Made by a program: the position numbers and the translations under genes
The notes under the pieces: generated by a model
Seen by the model: only the letters and a program-made list of their open reading frames with translations
Databases searched by the model: none
Told to the model about the DNA's origin: nothing
Source of the DNA: Utricularia gibba
Lineage: Eukaryota > Plantae > Magnoliophyta
NCBI GenBank assembly: GCA_002189035.1
Contig: NEEC01000010.1
Coordinates: 1,116,001-1,180,000, forward strand
DNA length: 64,000 bases
Reading direction: 5' to 3'
Shown here: positions 1-14,187 of the stretch, in pieces
Position numbering within the stretch: the stretch's first letter is position 1
How the letters are laid out: the number at the start of each line of letters is the position of its first letter

Positions 1-869
1 GTCATTGCAATCTTGATGCAGCGCCTGGTCCTTGTTGATAACAAGGTCAGGACTGACAAGACATATCCTGCAGGATTCATGGGTACGATCCAAATTCTCA
101 TAAAATACCCGTTTTAGACTGGTGTTCCCCGGTTACTCCGTTTGTCTAATGTCTGTGTACCTTAATTCCTCTTTACTACATGTTTGTTGTTTGTCTGGCT
201 ATTCATTGAATTTCTCTTGATTGGGAACCTCCTCCATCTTAGATGTTGTCTCTATTCCGAAGACCAATGAAAATTTCCGCCTTCTGTATGACACCAAGGG
301 CCGCTTCCGTCTCCATTCTATCAGAGATGAGGAGGCAAAGGTATTTCTGAAGCTCATGGATATCTCACATCTTCATCACTGTTGGAAAAATCTACAGTTC
401 ACTTGATATAACATGCGTCCATTATTTCTGCCTGCAGTTTAAGCTTTGCAAAGTGAGGTCAGTCCAGTTTGGAAAGAAGGGTATTCCATACCTGAACACC
501 TACGATGGCAGGACTATCCGCTACCCTGATCCATTGATCAAGGCCAACGACACCATAAAGCTGGACTTGGAGGAGAACAAAATCGTTGATTTCATCAAAT
601 TCGATGTGGGGAATGTCGTTATGGTCACTGGTGGAAGAAACAGAGGCCGTGTTGGTGTGATCAGAAACAGGGAGAAACACAAGGGAACCTTCGAGACAAT
701 CCACGTCGAGGACGCCACCGGACATGCTTTCGCCACTCGTCTGAGCAATGTCTTCACTATTGGCAAGGGCACAAAGCCCTGGGTGTCACTCCCCAAAGGT
801 AAAGGCATCAAGTTGTCCGTCATCGAAGAGTCCAGGAAAAGGCTCGCAGCTCAAGCCGCCACCTCTTAG
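1..869 (+). CDS. RPS4: 40S ribosomal protein S4 (eS4), 5' end outside window
   Basis: Exons <1-82, 243-340, 438-869 joined by GT-AG introns give [49 protein letters not shown]...[16 protein letters not shown]...[11 protein letters not shown], the typical plant eS4 sequence. Stop TAG at 867-869. Confidence 0.97.
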
Positions 870-1545
870 GCTGAAATTGGTGGTGTATCTCTCTCTTTTC
901 CTGCGCTCTGCTAAACTCCTCCTTTCAAGGCTTTTTATTCCATGACTTGTTCTTTTCATTCACCAGACTTGTGCATTGCACCTCCACTGTTGTCATGACC
1001 TCGATCTTCTTCTGGTTTTGATGGGCGCTCGCATAGAGGCTTGTGATGAACTGTCAAACTTGTTGTCTACATGTTCTAATGCTTTGTACAGGCTGATGAA
1101 TCACGACAGAGATGGAGAGAAACAACACTGAACTTTGCAGGATTCTTAAATAAGAATTAAAAGGGATGGAATCTGGGCCATGTAAGCACAGGGATCGTAT
1201 GAACCAAAATGAAAGTGCTGCCGACAGGCTGCTTGTCTCCTCCACTCCATTTGCAATAAACCTCCGAGCAAATGAGAATCTCAGCCTGTCCTGCAACCTC
1301 CTCAACTCCTTGCCCGTTTTACCCTTTTCAGAATCCGGATGGATCGGATCCAACCCGGGATCAGTGGCATGGATGATCGAGGGGTGTGATGGTCAAATTG
1401 GGGGAGTAGTGTAGTGGGCGGTTTAGGATGATTACTTATTAACAACTTGGGGGTGTTTACGTCATTTCCGATGACACAACTTGCGCAGCTCCCTTTAAGT
1501 GATTCGTACGACGGAGTTGCTCGGGACTACGAAGAGACTTGCGAT

Positions 1546-2160
1546 ATGCCTGCGGATGCTCCCAATTCATCGGTGGTTCTCGAGAGGATCAGCGACTCGC
1601 CGCCTTGCGGAGGAGGTGGAGGGTGTAAGCAAGTGTATCGGCAACCCGCGGCGGCGCAGGTGCCGGAGCACGTGCTCCGGTACCACACCCACTCCGCGGG
1701 GACGAATCAGTGCTGCTCCGCCGTGACCCAGTTCATCGCCGCTCCAATCTCCACAGTCTGGTCGGTCGTCCGCCGCTTCGACAACCCCCAGGCGTACAAA
1801 AACTTCGTCAAGAGCTGCCATCTAGTGATCGGGACCGGCGACGTGGGCACCGTGCGTGAGATTCAGGTGATCTCCGGCTTGCCGGCGGTGAGTAGCACCG
1901 AGCGCCTCGAGATTCTGGACGACGAGCGCCACATCATCAGCTTCCGGGTCGTCGGAGGCGACCACCGTTTGGTTAATTACCGGTCAGTGACGACCCTCCA
2001 CGAGGCGGAGAACGGCGGCGGCACGGTGGTTGTCGAATCGTACGTTGTGGATGTTCCTCAAGGAAACACCAAAGAAGAAACCTGCGTTTTCGTAGACACC
2101 ATCGTGAGATGCAATCTCCAGTCCTTGGCTCGGATCGCCGAAAACACCCGTCGCGTCTGA
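1546..2160 (+). CDS. PYL4: Abscisic acid receptor PYR/PYL/RCAR (START/Bet v1 fold), PYL4/5/6-like, intronless
   Basis: Gate motif SGLPA, latch motif HRL, plus WSVVRRFDNPQAYKNFVKSC and VVESYVVDVPQGNTKEETCVFVDTIVRCNLQSL. ATG 1546 is chosen as start; an in-frame ATG at 1471 is an alternative. The subfamily assignment is tentative. Confidence 0.93.
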   Translation: MPADAPNSSVVLERISDSPPCGGGGGCKQVYRQPAAAQVPEHVLRYHTHSAGTNQCCSAVTQFIAAPISTVWSVVRRFDNPQAYKNFVKSCHLVIGTGDVGTVREIQVISGLPAVSSTERLEILDDERHIISFRVVGGDHRLVNYRSVTTLHEAENGGGTVVVESYVVDVPQGNTKEETCVFVDTIVRCNLQSLARIAENTRRV

Positions 2161-5100
2161 ATCCCCATCTCCCTGCGAACACAAACCGGATAGAAAGTGT
2201 AAATTTGATGGTTTTCGGGGTGGAAAGTTTGCAATTTGACGAGTTTGTAGGGATTGGAATTTGATTAAGTGAGAAGAAAGCGATGAACGGTAGAGATTGG
2301 ATTGAGTTGATCGAACGCCTGTGGAATAAAGATGCCCAACTTTATCTTGCAACTCGGTGTTTGTCTACTTGTTTTCCATATGTCCCTGTCCTAACTACAA
2401 TAAAAGACCCACTTGTTTGCATGGTAAAATCAAACACCACTTTTTTTTTCTCAAAAAAACATAAAAAATATTTTTACCACTAATTTATTTAATATTCAAA
2501 TATTATTTTCCTTATTTTAAAATGAACACTACAGAAACCTTCATTATTTGAGTGGAGCTTTAATTTAATAATAGAAATTCAACATCACATGTATTGGATG
2601 ATATAGCTTTGGATGAATTCAATACTTGAATAAATACATAAATAATTATGTTAATTTTAAATATGAATGTATATAATTCTGAATTTGGGTTTAATAATTT
2701 TATTTTTCTGAATGAATTAATGCTAAATATTGTTGGAATAATTTGCATTGGTTGAATTTGGACTATCATATCTGTTTTTAATGTTTGGGCATTGATTAAC
2801 TCTCAACCGTACAAATCTATTTGGAAGTTTAATAAAAATACTAGATTAATGGTTTTTTATAAATAAATTCTATCCTAAAAATAAAAAAAATAGAAATACT
2901 TTTTATTTTAAAAAAGTTATAGATCCTCGTTTTCTAATTTATTATGCTATGTTTGCTATCCTTGCAAAAAAACAGTTTTTGAAAATCCATTTTAATAAAA
3001 TAGAATTTGTGGTTTGGTAGCTTCTTGAAAATAAATAAATAAATTTATGTTATTCTTAGAGCAAAAGTTGCGTATGTTTTCCTAACAAACCTTCTTCAAG
3101 TAAAACAAAAACAAAATAATTCTAAAGGAGTAGTTCCCAACTTATGTATAAAATAACTAGATAGTGTGTTTCTAAGGTTTTAGAAATATAAAATGAGAAA
3201 CTAGTCAAAATCCATGACTTAATGGAAAAATTAAAAAAAAAACAAAGATATAATAAAGTTGTTTTCTCAATAACATTAATATAAACTATTAAAAGTCAAA
3301 CCACTTTACATGAAAGTGTATGAAACCACTTTACTACTACAAAATATGGTTTCAATCAGACTTAAAATAATTTATACAAAAGACATAATCTTTAGATCAC
3401 CTAGACAACTCAATGACAATAGTATATTTACATAATTAATCACTTGTTCTTTAAGTTGATAAGAGGATCTTTACTCCACCCTTTCCTCTTCTGCAATAAA
3501 ATAGAAATAGAGTATTGACATTATTGGATTAAAAGAAGATAATTAATAAGTAAAATTATGAAATATATCAAAATATATTTCAAAGAAAAATAAATAAATA
3601 TATTGGGAGTTCATTATTCTATTCTCTCTGATTTCCTACAATTCTTTGACTTTGATTTCACCATTAGATTATAACAAATGAGGTTTGATGTCTCTATTCA
3701 TGAAATTAGACCAAAAGTACTATCAACTAATTGAAATTTGATAGACTTAAGCTATAAACTTGTAATATTTGCCTTGCTAGCAACAACCTTACTTGATAGT
3801 CATTCTTGAAGTATCATCAGCATCAAATATGTCTAATATCATGTTAGTCTTGCTTCCCATGGCTAAGCTTGAGGCCAAGTATACTCCATACAAAGCATAT
3901 TTGATAGGCATGTAAGAGACAAGATTTCTGTAATCAAGATATATGTCTAAATATTTGAAATGTATATCTATCTTCTAAATATGATAATATTCAAATGTAT
4001 CAATAGCATATCTGAATCTTATCTGATAATGAATCTATCTTCAAAATTCAAAGGAACACCTATTTATAGAGGTACATTCCATATTTGGAGGAATAATATT
4101 CCAAAGAAAGTTGATAGTGCATATTTAAAAACTTGATATATGCATAGAGGATTTCCAAGGAAACTTTTCATGGGAGATTCTTTGGAGTTAGGAAGAGAAC
4201 TTCATCTATTTGTTTATATATGATTCATATCTACAACTTACAACATCGTGTTTTGTTATACGATATTGTATTGATTATCTTGTTGCATTAATTCATCTCG
4301 TTCTAATGAAATGGTATATTGAGCACCCCTTCTTTTTCCTCTGGGTTACCGAAGTTTATATTTTTGTCTTTCGATCAATCCTAATAAAGCTACGTTATCA
4401 GGTATGAGCATACAATCTCACGTATTTTGTAATTATTACATAAACTTCATATTTAGAATATTTTGAAAAATGTTGGGATAACTCCATCTATTTGTTATTG
4501 ACATCAGGCCTCATCTAAAAGCTAATAGAGGTAGTTTTCAAAAATAAAAAAGAAATGTGTAAAAAGAATCTCTTTGCATAAAAATGTGAATTTTTCATTG
4601 GGACTCAAAACAATTGCCAAGGTTTGAAAAAAACAATTTGTACCATATATAATGCGAAATTCATAATCTCAACCCTTCAAGAGTATTCAATTGATTCTAA
4701 AAGATAAAGAAACTAGATTATAAAGCAAAAAAATTTCATAAATATAAATGAAATAACAAGTCATTTGGTAATAAAATTGAATATATAAGAAAAATAGTTT
4801 TTCTGTATTAATAACTATTCTTGTATACTAGTTGAGATAATTATTAACATTCATCCCACTAACTATGATTTTTACACTTCATTACACCTTTTCTATATTT
4901 GAGAACTTCTTATATAATAATTTATTTCAATTATCAGTATACACTATAAATTAGAATTTCCAATTACTATCTTTCTGTATTCTCTAGTTTTTTTGTGCAT
5001 TACTTAAACTTCTCCCTCTTATGGTTCTTTTAGAACTCGAAAAATGAAATTTACAATGATAACCCTCATGTTAATTCATTTTCTTATAAAGCTAAATAGA

Positions 5101-6009
5101 CTGATAACACTTGAGAACTTATCAATGATTGTCCATTGTCCTTTTTCTTATTTCCCCTTTTATTTGACATAACGATTAATCATGTTTCATTAGCTAACTT
5201 TCCACTTATACTAAAAATCTTTGTTTGTTACTATGACAATGCTTACTTAGACTTCCTAAATACCAATGTAAATCTAACTTGATTTGAAAAATTTGAAAAA
5301 AATAATGAAATATACTTTTCTAAGTCATTACATTCTTTACAATGATGAGTTATGGATATTCTGCAAGAATGTTATTTTTCACTTTCCATATCCCTTCTTC
5401 CTCTCCATACTTGATCCATTGCTCTTTCTCCTTAGCTTTTCCTCTTTGGTCAAAATTCTCATGTGAAGGCCTTGTTAGTAAATTGTTAATATATCTTTTG
5501 TTATTTAGAATTAATAAATTGGCGGTCAAATTAATGTGATAAAAAAGTGTTATTATTGTAATTTGCATAATCTTTTTGATTTAATGATGATCATTAGAGC
5601 ACCGATTTGTTACTACAAATGTTGCAGCAAATAAGTGAACATAAAAGTAGCACGTGCTTGCTATATTTCTTCCAAAAAAAGAACCCAATGGTTATCGCAA
5701 CTATTTATTTTAAAAATGAATATAATTCATTTTTTGATTTAATCAGTATTTTGAGTTAAATTCTTTTTATAAATAATTGAAATAAATTTATTAATTTTTA
5801 ATTATATTTATCATAAAAATTTAAGAATATTAGAAAAAATGAAATAACTAATTCTAAAATTATAATTTTTAGATTTTTTTAATTTTTTTTACAACAAATT
5901 ATTAGATGGAACTTTAAAAAAAAAAAAGAAAAACTATGCATTGCAATTGAAACCCATCATTTTAAATCAGTGTTTACAACGCAAAACCCATCATCATGGT
6001 GGAGTGATC

Positions 6010-7455
6010 ATGTTCCCAGAACCCGCCGTACCATCATCGAATCTCTTGGCCTCGCAGCGCTCTTCATCGTTCTAGCCACGGTTGCGCTTTTCGCTAACGA
6101 CGGTGATCTCAATCAAAGAGCGCTTACTGGAGTTGCATCCAGGAGGAATGGTTCCGGCGGCGACCTCTTCTCCGGAAGATGGATTTTTGACGAGCGGTAT
6201 CGTCCGATGTACGACGAGAAGAGATGCTCCTTCATGGAGGCTACGTTCGCTTGTGAAACCTACGGGAGGAAGGATTTGAAGTATCAGCGATGGAGATGGG
6301 AGCCTCTTTCAAGCCATCTCCCAAGGTTAGTTTTCCGGTGTTCCGAACTTAGGAATTAGGATATGGGGTTCTTTAAATTATAAACTTTCTTAAAACTAGA
6401 AAGAAACAGAAACATATACCTGGTTTTCGGATCGAATCAATCGTGTATTGGAGCAGGTTCGATGGGGGCGCACTTTTGGAAAGACTGAGGGGGAAGAAGC
6501 TTCTCTTCGTGGGGGATTCAGTGAATAGGAATCAATGGGTTTCTTTGCTCTGTATGATGGAGTCCTCTCTTCCTGCGTCATCCAACAAAACAGTAGTTTC
6601 CGATGGGAGTCTGTACTCGTTCCATGACATGGTAGGCGAATTCAAGAGCTTCCTGCACCACATTTTTAGTACCTGCCTATGGATCTCGCTTTTCTCACGA
6701 AGGAGTACAAGACGACGATCGGATTCTACTGGTCACCGTTCCTCCTGGAATCCAACTGCGACGTCATGCGGAAGCATCGCCCCGAAGGGTGCGTGATCAG
6801 ATTCGGATCCATTGAGAAGCACGCAAGGCACTGGAACGATGCCGATTTCCTCATCTTCAACTCCCACACCTGGTGGCTTAGTCCATCCCTAACCTTCATG
6901 TACCACTACTACTACCAGGCACTCTTCTTGAAGGCCGCTTAGGCTTCTGAAATCATTTTCCTCCATTGGGTGCAGGTGGGGTTCTTTTGGAAGCCCCGAT
7001 GCGACGTACAAGCCGTTGAAGATGAAACGCCGTCGTTACGAGATGGCCCTGAACGCTTGGGCGACGTGGCTGGAGATCAACGTGAACAGAACCAAAACCA
7101 GACTCTTCTTCATGAGCCTCTCGCCATTTCTATTTACTAAGGATCCCAGGAGACACTGTTACAACAAAAGCAAGCCTCTCTTCGTCCCGGGCCAGCTGGG
7201 GAACCAGAGCATGATGCTTGCTGCGGGCGAGGCGATCAAGCAGCTTAGGGAGAGAGGCGTCCACGTCGAGTTTCTGCGGATAACGGAGATGTCCGAGTGC
7301 AGAGTGGATGCCCATCCGTCCGTTTTCCGGTATTTTTATCAGCCGTTGCCCGCTTCGAGGACCCGCTGCTGTACTCCGATTGCCTGCATTGGTGTCTCCC
7401 CGGAGTTCCGGATGTTTGGAATCAAATCCTCTACGCGTACATCATGAAGCCGTGA
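6010..7455 (+). CDS. TBL: Trichome birefringence-like (TBL/PC-esterase) O-acetyltransferase, xylan-acetylating TBL33-35-like clade; two apparent -1 frameshifts
   Basis: Exons ~6010-6325, 6457-6631, 6703-6899, 6976-7455. N-terminal TM anchor, [46 protein letters not shown] and DAHPS are present. The catalytic [15 protein letters not shown] is one frame off after CCC at 7349-7351. ATG 6010 is in frame only if CCC at 6015-6017 is C4. Confidence 0.88.
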
Positions 7456-7718
7456 TCAAAATGTAAGTGAGAGTGGACGGATTCCTGTTTTTGATACCGG
7501 CGACTTGGAATTTCGACGACGGCGGGGCTGGTTTCTGGTTTTTGATAGTGCTACCATGACTGTAATATTTCCGTGAGTTTCTGAAGTAAATTAGAATTTA
7601 AAAATATTTTTATCGTAGTTATTCACTTGAATAGGATTAGCTCGAGTGCTTCCGGCTCCGTCTTTTCTGTTGAACCCTACCGTCGCCCTGGCGGGCGGCG
7701 CGGCGCGGCGCTGACATC

Positions 7719-10700
7719 ATGGAGCAACGCCTCCTCTCTGAAATTGTCGGTTCGATCGATCGAAAAACGTTGCTCTCTTTGAACTCCAACGACGCAGTTC
7801 TTGCTCTAATCAGTAACCCATCCACTTCCGATTCAACTCTTTCGTCTCTGTTAGAAATCCTGGTACGCCACCTCCGAAACCCGGAATCTGATCACCAAAC
7901 TGTGGTTTCTTTGCTCTCTGCTCTCTGTAATTGTCATCCGGATCTTCGCCGTCGTGTCGTTGCCGTGGCCCTTGAATTCATTCGCCTCCCATGGTTACCG
8001 ATTCCCTTACTGCCCCATGTGCTCTCCCTTCTTGACCCGGCCGAATCTTCTGACTTTGACCCGTTTTCCGACGAGTCCCTGTTTCTCTCGCTCTGCTTCT
8101 GCCTCTCTGTGAAAACTAGAAGATGGGCTCTTACTAATATGAGTAGGTTCCGCATCAGGCAGTCTGTGTTTCTCACTGTGCTGTTGGGCTTTACTAAGGA
8201 TCCGTATCCGTCTATTAGGAAGTCGGCGTTAGATGCCTTGGTGAAGCTGAGAAACGATCTTGTCGTGGAGGACAGAAATTTGATCCAAGGTGGATATTTT
8301 CGTGCAGTTGAGCTTCTTTTTGATGCCGAAAAGTCTGTACGATGTTCAGCTGTTCATGTGGTTTGTGTTCTACATTTTGTTTCCCGAAAGAGTTGATATT
8401 AATCTTGCTAAGCCTTCTTCGTCTATGTGGGAAGGTGAATATCCCAATAACTGGTTATGCTTTCTTTTTTATCTTCAGGTTGGTGAGCTAGGAAGATTGG
8501 CTTACTCGCTGAGTCCTGAAGACAGTAAGGGAGAATGGTCTGATGCGTTGTTTCTACAGGTTTAATCTGATTCTTTTGCGAATAGTGTGGCACATATGGC
8601 CAGTCTCTTGATAATAGTTACCCGTTAGCCAGTTCAACTTTTTTTAGCATTGTTATTATCCATCTGCAGCTGAGTTTAATGGTAAGAGACATGGAAATGG
8701 AGATTAGGGTTGCTGCTTTTTGTGAACTAGGGAAGACTCCAACTGTGTCCAATGACATCCTTATGCAAACCTTGTCGAAGAGGTGCCTACCAGAGATTAA
8801 AGATAGAAGTTTTCATGGTCAATACACTGACAAGTTGTTTAAGATACCCGCTAGTGCTGCTGCGTACACGTTCGTTCATGGATTTGAGGACGAATTTCAT
8901 GAGGTAATTGCTGACTGTTACGTCTTAATGTCATTTCGATGATGAGATGTGATAAATAAGATCATCTTCTCATAAGGTCAGGAAATCTGCTTGCCATGCT
9001 ATGCAAATGCTAAGTGTTTCATCTGCTGAATTTGCTGCGCAAGCAGTGGATATAATGATGGATATGCTGAATGATGAATCGTTTGATGTACGTTCACAAT
9101 GTTTGGCAACTCTGCGTCATATTAATTTGCATAACCACTTCAAAATGAAAGAAGCCCACATAGAAATGGTATGCTTCTGATCCTGTGTAAGTTATGCAAT
9201 AATCTATGTGCAATTTTTTTCACTTTGTTAATTTGCTGCAGCTGTGTGTCACACTGGTTGATAACAATATGCTAGTGAGGTCTTCTGTCAGAGAAGTTCT
9301 CCGATTAAGTAGGCTTCCAAAGCTGGAAATGTTTAAAACATGTATTAACTCCTTCGTGGAGAACTTGGAACATTATCCGCAGGTACGTTTGCTTTGCAAG
9401 CCACTTATTGCTTATGTATGTGCAGATTTACTCATGGAAGTTCTTTACAAGGGAAAATGCAGGATGAAGCTGATATATTCAACACATTGTATAAAATGGG
9501 TTGTAACCATGGAAGATTTGTTTCCAAAATCATCCGAGAATTTTCTGAAGAGGTCAGTTTCACATATATCGCAGCATATGTTTTTTTCAGTGGTGCCTGT
9601 GTTGTAGGATTAGGTATGACATATCTTTGTTGAATCCACATGTTTGCAGCCGTGAAAAGTTTATTTCTTCATTGGGTAGAAGTTATCTTTAAAATATTGT
9701 CCAATTTTATATGGATGCAGCTAGAGCCTTCTTTTGATGGAACACTGCACTTGACTAAACCAAGAACAGTTTCATTATTAGTACTAGCGATATCAGCACC
9801 CGTGTCCTTGGATCGAAGGCTTAGCAGTATTCCTCCACAATTATTCTCATATGCTGTCACATTACTGGATAGAATATCCAATGGCCTTCGTGATGTTGCT
9901 GAGGAAACTAGCATTCTAGCATATCTGTCTCATTGTAGCAAATTCAATCTCGCCTCTGCTTCTGAAAATTTTGAAAGAGATGCAGTGTGTTTACCACTGG
10001 ATGGAAAATATGCTGACTCCAGTGACAGAGGTCGTGATCTCTATGGGCCAAATGAATTGGCAAAAGCAATGATCAAACCTGGCCATGATCATGCAGATTT
10101 GTGGATTGAAACTGCAAGCTGCACAGATTTTATTCTACAAAAAGCCGCTAGTTTATGGAAATTACTTAAACTTGGACTTGCTGAAGAAGTTCTTCAAACA
10201 TTAAGGTATCCTTCTATTGCTACAAAAACTGCACTTGAAATTTCATACTCCATATACAATTTCTGATGCATGCTTATATTTAGACATAATCCCAATCACT
10301 GGATGAATCTTCTAGATACTGGTCCATGTTGCGAAATGATAAACTGTTAGTTACATGAGCTGGAGGCATCCAGTTGTTACTGAAGTGATGGAAATTTGTT
10401 CCATGTGCAGGCTCTTTAAGGAAGAGCTGAGGAATACTTCTCGTGGTCCACACCACTCTGCTGCCGTTATCTTCACACTAAACATCTTATGTGTCATGAA
10501 GTTGCTGGCAAAGGGATCATCTGGATTGCAATTTTTTCGGTTTGATTCCAAAGCTGCTGGGACTCCAAGTGCCTTGTTGAAAGCGGAAATAAAACTGGAA
10601 GAGATGTTACATAGGTTTTCCGGGCTGCGGAAAGCTGAAAATCTGCATCTGGTGGAGCTAATGCTTGTGACTTGTGTACTGAGATTGTCTCACGGAGGGA

Positions 10701-11341
10701 ACTGTTCCTTGAGTGGCAGCATGAAAAAATTGAAGTCCCAATTGCACCGTGCAGAAGATCTGAGCGAAGGATCAGTTGGGCTTCCAAAGTTTGTGATTGA
10801 GCTTCGAAATATACTGTGGGATATTGACAACAACGATGAAGACATAATCATCGACAAGCTCCCTCAGCTTCGAAACTCTCTAGACCTCTTCTGGCTGAAA
10901 CCTTTTGCCATAACTGAAGAACTCAAATACCTGAGTGTAGAAGTCGATATTGTTGAAAATGAATACCATCGCCCTCTTCCTTTCGTTCCAGGCCTCCCTG
11001 TGGGCATTCCACTGGATATCACGCTGTGGAATATCCCTCCCGGAGCAAGATTATGGGTCTCTGCTTCTCTCGGAAGCAGACCAAGACAGTTAATTTTTCT
11101 GGATTTGGATGACTTCAAAGAATGCAGTGAAGCAAGGAAGTGTGTCTTCAATGCTCCATTCTTCTGCACACCTGATGTTAAGCGCTTCTCCTTGAAGGTG
11201 TCGATCGGCATGGAAGGGTCCTCTGAAGCTCCAGAAATGAGCAGCTTCTGCTCTGGACCCGAGCGGAAGCTCGTGTATCTTTGCAAGGAGAAGGAAGTGT
11301 TTTTGTCCAGAGCGAGGGATGAATGTAGTGCTAGTAAATAA
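7719..11341 (+). CDS. SIEL: HEAT/ARM-repeat protein SIEL (Integrator subunit 4 / DSP3-like)
   Basis: Exons 7719-8360, 8479-8559, 8670-8903, 8977-9168, 9242-9382, 9463-9552, 9721-10205, 10411-11341 splice in frame to about 930 aa. Motifs: GFTKDPYPSIRKSALDAL, AAAYTFVHGFEDEFHEVRKSAC, PFVPGLPVGIPLDITL, KLVYLCKEKEVFL. Confidence 0.88.
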
Positions 11342-13611
11342 TCCATATTCAAAATCTCGAGTGTTTTTTTTTTCCAGATGTAGGATTACAGTGGATTAGT
11401 GGGGTGCTTGGAGAATGATTAGCAGATGATCCTGGCAACCATTCGATCGATGGGTTGGTGTTCATTCTCCCGTGCTCCAGAAAATGCACGTGGCTGCATG
11501 ATCGAAAGTACATCAACTGCCATTTTTCGAGCACATTATCAGTAAAAGCAGCCGCCGGGAGCAACACAACCAGCGAAGCTGTGAGTGTGTGATGACCTGT
11601 GGAATGTGGAACAGTCAACACCAACTAAAACTTGTGTTTTTCTTTCTACGAACTGACATAATAAAAGTTTTCAATTAAGTTTGGGAGAATTAGAATAAAA
11701 AAATTATTTAATTCATTTGAATTTAAATAAATATAATATAAATCAATTATTTTTAAATCTTGAATTTATTTAAACTATAAATAAGATTAATATTAGATAC
11801 ATTTTTTAATATTTTTAACTTATGAAAATACTGTATTTTCTAATTAGGGGTTTTATTGCAAGTTATCAATGTTTTAATAATTTTACTAGTATTTATATTT
11901 TTATATCTAAAATTAGACAAAATAAATTGATAATTTCCTACATCTTAACAGCAAATATTTCCAACTTATCAAATCAATTTTTACAAGCAAATATTAAATG
12001 CAACACAAATTGGAGGGTATTGCGACTATAACAAAATCCATGAGTACCTTATAAAATATGGACGACTTCACCGTTGAGTCTGCGTGAAGGGAATTACATT
12101 TTCTCATTTAAGGGTCTTCTACTTTTTCCTTTTATACTTCCTAATGAACGAACCAACATATTTCCTTCCCAATAAATCAACTAAAGGAGGAGGTGATGGG
12201 TGCCCAAATGATTACGATTACAAAAAAAGATCTACATTTTTGGGAAACTCTTGCTCTACGTAAGAATGCGAGACTTTAATACTTTAAGAGTAATTGGTAT
12301 GAGTAGGAATATATCAGGTATTAAAATACATAATGGTAATCAATATAAATTTTTCTTGATACATTTTTTTCTCTTATTATAAATATGTCACCTCTTCTTA
12401 AATTTATTTTGATATTATGGATAAATTTATACCGATATAATGCATACATGTATTGTTACCAAGCACTGCTTAAAAGAAAACAAAAATACAGAAATTTAAT
12501 ATATTACTTGTGTCATAATTTTTTTTTTCAAAATATATGTTCCTTTTTTGGTTCATCAAAATATCTGTAATTTATTTTTTTTATTTTGAAAATACGTTAT
12601 TTTGAAATTAATATTTTGTACTTATTTTTTTTGTTGAAATGTATGCTATTGTATATTAAGATACATAATTAGTTTACTTGAAAATTATTGTTAATCAAAA
12701 AATTATTTTTACATATTAATTTTAGTAAAAAAGAAAAGAATAATAATTAAAAAAAACCTAAAATTATAATCTACACCATGAATTGGGATGAATAATAAAG
12801 ATTTGTCAATCTAAACCGGATCATATTTGTACTCACGGAGTATCAAAGAGCAAAAACTCGGATTATATTTTGAAAAGATAAAAGTTAGTGTGGCAAAATT
12901 GATTTAAACTCAAAACTCTTAATAAATCAAAATATTATCAAACCAAGTAGCAAACTAAGCTACTATAATACAACAATTATCAAGATATGAATGTTGTTTA
13001 CATATATGGTGTTGTTGTATACTGTTAACAATAAACTATGTAGACACAAAAAGATAGAATATAATTCATGTAATATATTTTTCAAAATAATAATTAAATC
13101 ATGAATATTCATTGAATCATTCAATTTAATTTTAATCATAAGTATTGTTGATTTTTCAGTATATGATCTAAAATGAGTCAAAATTTAATTAATCATGGTT
13201 TTTCATAATTATTTTTTAGTATTACAATTTATATGGGTATATTTTTTTTACATACATTTTCATTAATAGACAAACAAACATATATAAAATACATAATTTT
13301 AGTATTTGGTATCATTTTTAAATTTTTATGAATTAATATAAAAATAAATTACAACTGTTTTAAATTTATTTTCAGTTAAAATAATTCAATTTTCAAAGAA
13401 AAAACTACAGATATTTACTAATAATAAATCATGTAAAAAAAATACAAATATTTTAATAAGAATATAAGGTAATACAGGTATTTTTATAATAATAAAATAT
13501 TAACATGTAATTTGATAAAATAAATCTTTGACATAATCATTTGGATAAAAATGTCAGCAAAGGGATGTAATGATTGTTATTAAACATACTAAAAACAACT
13601 ACAAGAAACCT

Positions 13612-13691
13612 TTTTATAAGACATGATCACTTAGGTTTCAAAGTATGGAAACAAGATATTGTCTCAACCCATTTTATAAGACATGATCACT
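13612..13691. repeat. 20-bp direct repeat with 60-bp period
   Basis: TTTTATAAGACATGATCACT occurs at 13612-13631 and 13672-13691. Confidence 0.8.
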
Positions 13692-14187
13692 ATGGATAAC
13701 CGATAGGCTTTGATCAAAGTAACCTGATGGGATTAATTATACTTATAACAACATATTGTTTCTCCTCACTTCCCAACACTATTACCTCAAAAACGATAAA
13801 GGTGCTATTCTTATTCCAAACTAACTACATGTCATGTGGGAATTATTGGAGTAATTTAGCAAACTCTTTTTCTTTTTTGTTTTTTGAGGAGGGTATTGAC
13901 CCATTATGACCCCCTTTTTTTGTTACGTTGATAGATATTTGTGTTATGTTCAAAAACAAAGATGTTACAATTTTTTATAAGGAAATTACTAAACATATGA
14001 CATCCAATCAGCAAATCTAGAAGTGATGTAACATAAGGTAGAAAAAGGGGGAGGGTCAGTGTGTTCTTTTTTCTTTTAATTATTTTTTTAGTTATTAATT
14101 TTTTTAACTTCAGACAAGATCACGTTTCCTCAACACTAATTTAACGAGTAAACAAATGTTTCAAATAAACACAATGACGTCACTGAT

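Noticed and set aside
4040-4410. Possible solo LTR / PBS remnant (TATTTATAG; TATCA-GGTATGAGC)
   Set aside because: The TATA-like and PBS-like cues point in opposite orientations, and there is no TG...CA pair with a TSD.
7330-7342. 13-nt GT...AG micro-intron as a rescue for the TBL frameshift
   Set aside because: Too short to splice, and its removal gives the wrong frame.
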